A stretch of 64,000 bases of DNA from NCBI RefSeq assembly GCF_020745735.1, contig NC_083428.1, forward strand, positions 4,960,001 through 5,024,000. The letters are read 5' to 3'. Below are positions 61,308 through 64,000 of this stretch, in pieces (the first letter of the stretch is position 1; every line of letters starts with the position of its first letter). The stretch is from Hemiscyllium ocellatum. Taxonomy: Eukaryota. The position numbers and the translations under genes are program-made. Below the pieces are notes generated by a model that saw only the letters and a list, made by a program, of their open reading frames with translations, was not told where the DNA came from and did not search any database.

Positions 61308-61854
61308 ATAGAGTCATAGAGATGTACAGCATGGAAACAGACCCTTTGGTCCAACCTGTCCATGCCGACCAGACATCCCATCCCAATCTAGTCCCACCTG
61401 CCAGCATCCGGCCCATATCCCTTCAAACCCTTCTTATTCATATACCCATCCAAATGCCTCTTAAATGTTGCAATTGTACTAGCCTCCACCACTTCCTCTA
61501 GTAGCTCATTCGATACACATACCACCCTCTTTGCGAAACGGTTGCCCCATAGGTCTCTCTTATATCTTTCCCCTCTCACCCTAAACCTATGCCCTCTGGT
61601 TCTGGGCTCCCCGATCCCAGGGAAAAGACTTTGCCTATTTATCCTATCCATGCCTCTCATAATTTTGTAAACCTCTATGAGGTCACCCCTCAGCCTCCGA
61701 CGCTCCAGGGAAAACAGCCCCAGGCTGTTCAGCCTCTCCCTATAGCTCAAATCCTCCAAACCTGGCAACATCCTTGTAAATCTTCTGAACCCTTTCAAGT
61801 TTCACAACATCTTTCCGATAGGAAGGAGACCAGAATTGCACGCAATATTCCAAC
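61308..61854 (-). mobile_element. Young CR1 3' fragment
   Basis: ORF 61388-61798 RRFTRMLPGLEDLSYRERLNSLGLFSLERRRLRGDLIEVYKIMRG. Confidence 0.9.
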
Positions 61855-63755
61855 ATTATTTTCATAGGAGCAAGGCACCCCACCTCCTCTGTCTAGCTGT
61901 CCTATCCTTTCAATAGAACATATATCCTTGGATATTTAGTTCCCAGCCCTGATCCCCTTGCAGTCACATCTGTGATACCCACAACATTGTTTTGCAGGTT
62001 GAAATTGGCAGGTACAAACTCATTTACCTTGTGTTGTATACTGTGTGCATTTAAGTACAATACCCTCAGTCCTGCATTGACTATCCCCTTATGTGTGGTG
62101 TCTAAAGTTAGATTCCTGATCCTTTCCATTCGCAGCTCTGTTATTGTTCTGGAAACTTTAATAGCCTCTGCTGAGCCCTCCCCGTTTAATTTTTGCTATA
62201 ATTTTCTGTGCAGTTGAACCGCGCACACTCTCTGCTTGGTTTAAAACCCTACTCAAGCCCTAGTTATGCCATTCTTGTAAATCTTTCTGCATCCTTTCTC
62301 GTGCCTTTACATCCTTCCCAAATGCGATGTTCAGAATTGGGTGTGATGCATCGGTTGAGACTGAACCAATGCCATGTCTTTGAAATCATGGTAACCAAAG
62401 ATGGCACCTTGAAAATTTGTGGCCCTCCGTAGTACCACAGCTGGAATGTCTGCCTGAATATTTGTATAAGGTCTCTGGATTGGAAATTGACTGAATTTTC
62501 TAACCCAGCCAAGAATGCTATATCTGCATCAAGCATGAAGTATTTTACCACACCATTGACACTGCACTGAAACATTAGCTAAACTGGCATAATTCTGATG
62601 TTGAAATACATTTAATCCAATACCTTTAAATTGACCCTCAACGATCTTGACATATCTGCAACTACTGCATTAGGTCAAAAGGATTAGATAATTCAGCTAA
62701 GGGGATTAGATGAAAAGTGTTGGGAGGAGGTTGCTGTGGAGTACACACACTGGTATTAAGCGATGGTTTGTTTCTGTGTTGTAATCCCAGTAATTTACCA
62801 CATGAAGGCTGTTCAGATCCAGCAGAAGTTTGAAGCAACAATATCTGTAATTGTACTGCTGACCATTTTGTTTTCTAATTGGAGTGGGTGCGTCATTGAA
62901 AAAAAAATCACACAACCAGCTATTGTTTTCCTGATATCCTCGTGAATGTGTTTTGTTTGGAGGAATAAATGAATAGAAACACAGAATATAGACCAGAACT
63001 GGAGGCTGCTTTTCAACCCCTCAAGCCTCTTCCAACATTTGGTCAGGTCACAATTGATCTACCTTTTATTTCCATACATCTTCCCTGGTTTCACAATCCT
63101 TACCATTATTAGATAGCAGAAATTTTACCGTTCTCGGTTTTGAAATTTTCAAATGACCTTGCCTTCAAAAGCATTTTATTTTTGGCATGGTGAATACAGA
63201 ATTCCAGATAACCTATCCCTTATTGACATAACACCCATCGACCTACCTCTTATTTTAAGCTCATGTCCTCTTGTTCTGAGCTTCCCTACCAGAGGAAATA
63301 ATTTCTTGATCTGCCCTTTCACATCTATCTTATCTATTTAATTGTTTTAAACAACAAACTGATCACCTCTTAGTTTTTTGTATTCAAGGGAATATAAGCA
63401 TAATCCAGAGCTTTAACTAAATTCATAAAGAATAGGAAAAGCCACTAAAGCAAGTAGTTCACATGAAGAAAAATGTTTCTGGATAGAGGGTGACTTGGAT
63501 ACAAACTGATCAATATCAAAACATGGTGCTTCCTTCAAGTTAATGCATCTTTCCTTTTTCCGAGGGCAAATTTAATTGCAAAGTTGCAAATGCATCTCGT
63601 GCAAGATACTGACATAAGAGAATATATCTCAGGAGCTGTCATCAAAATCATTGTGCTGGGGTTGGACAGCCTCTTCAATTTGTGTTGACTTCTTATCACT
63701 GAGTTGCAAAAAAAAATTGAGCGATTGAAGAGTTACAAGGAAAGATTTAGCCAAG

Positions 63756-63815
63756 AGTTTCTTATATTGGACCTAATTGTATGCCTCTATACAATTAGGT
63801 CCAATATAAGAAACT
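63756..63815. repeat. Perfect 27-bp inverted repeat with 6-nt spacer (60-nt hairpin)
   Basis: agtttcttatattggacctaattgtat-gcctct-atacaattaggtccaatataagaaact; arms are exact reverse complements. Confidence 0.95.
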
Positions 63816-64000
63816 GTAAAAGAAAGGGAAAAGTAAATCTGGAAAATGGCAATGAATGAAATGGCACAGTGTCAAACCAGTAAAAGGTCCATTTGCAGCT
63901 GTTGTTTTAAAAAAAATATTTTCTTCTGGTGATCTGCTGTAGAATAGTCTGCTAGTGGAGGCAAAAAAATGCCTGAATTATTTAAACAATTGAACATGAG

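Larger units (their letters stand above)
58560..62270 (-). mobile_element. Long fragmented CR1 LINE reaching the ORF2 APE start, with nested inserts
   Basis: LRVLYLNAHSIQHKVNE (APE N-terminus), FNMQVDWENQ, IYSDFQKAFDKV, VPQGSV, TKFVDNTK; CR1 tail near 58560-58680. Confidence 0.8.

Noticed and set aside
1-64000. Remaining short ORFs of 60-220 aa
   Set aside because: They correspond to TE remnants, their antisense frames or low-complexity sequence; no host-protein similarity recognised.

Overview
Eukaryotic, repeat-rich vertebrate DNA, almost certainly from a cartilaginous fish. The HE1-type V-SINE, HER1/CR1 LINEs and Penelope families are typical of sharks; an orectolobiform such as a bamboo or epaulette shark is a guess. 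The only clear host-gene signal is the first coding exon of GATAD2A (p66-alpha, NuRD subunit) at 57700-57997 (+). Most of the window is therefore the upstream/5'-intronic region of that gene. It includes a CpG-rich NRF1-type candidate promoter near 29.9-30.2 kb and a candidate 68-nt cassette exon at 37800-37867 that would add an in-frame N-terminal extension plus an overlapping uORF. The rest is nested transposable elements: CR1, an L2/CR1-group LINE with a tRNA-like head, L1, Vingi, RTE, Rex1, SINEs and a pogo/Tigger MITE. The most striking system is a set of at least 13 Penelope-like-element (PLE) insertions from several families, many only 115-270 bp long. They have fold-back architecture (unique tail plus inverted arms), 8-19 bp target-site duplications and minimal hammerhead-ribozyme cores (CTGANGA-stem II-GAAA-palindromic stem III), and their 5' ends or inversion points cluster just upstream of the ribozyme core. 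PLE-associated hammerheads are known in general; whether these shark families and this breakpoint pattern have been described cannot be determined without searches. Family names come from recognition of motifs, not from database searches. There is one assembly gap (20484-20680).
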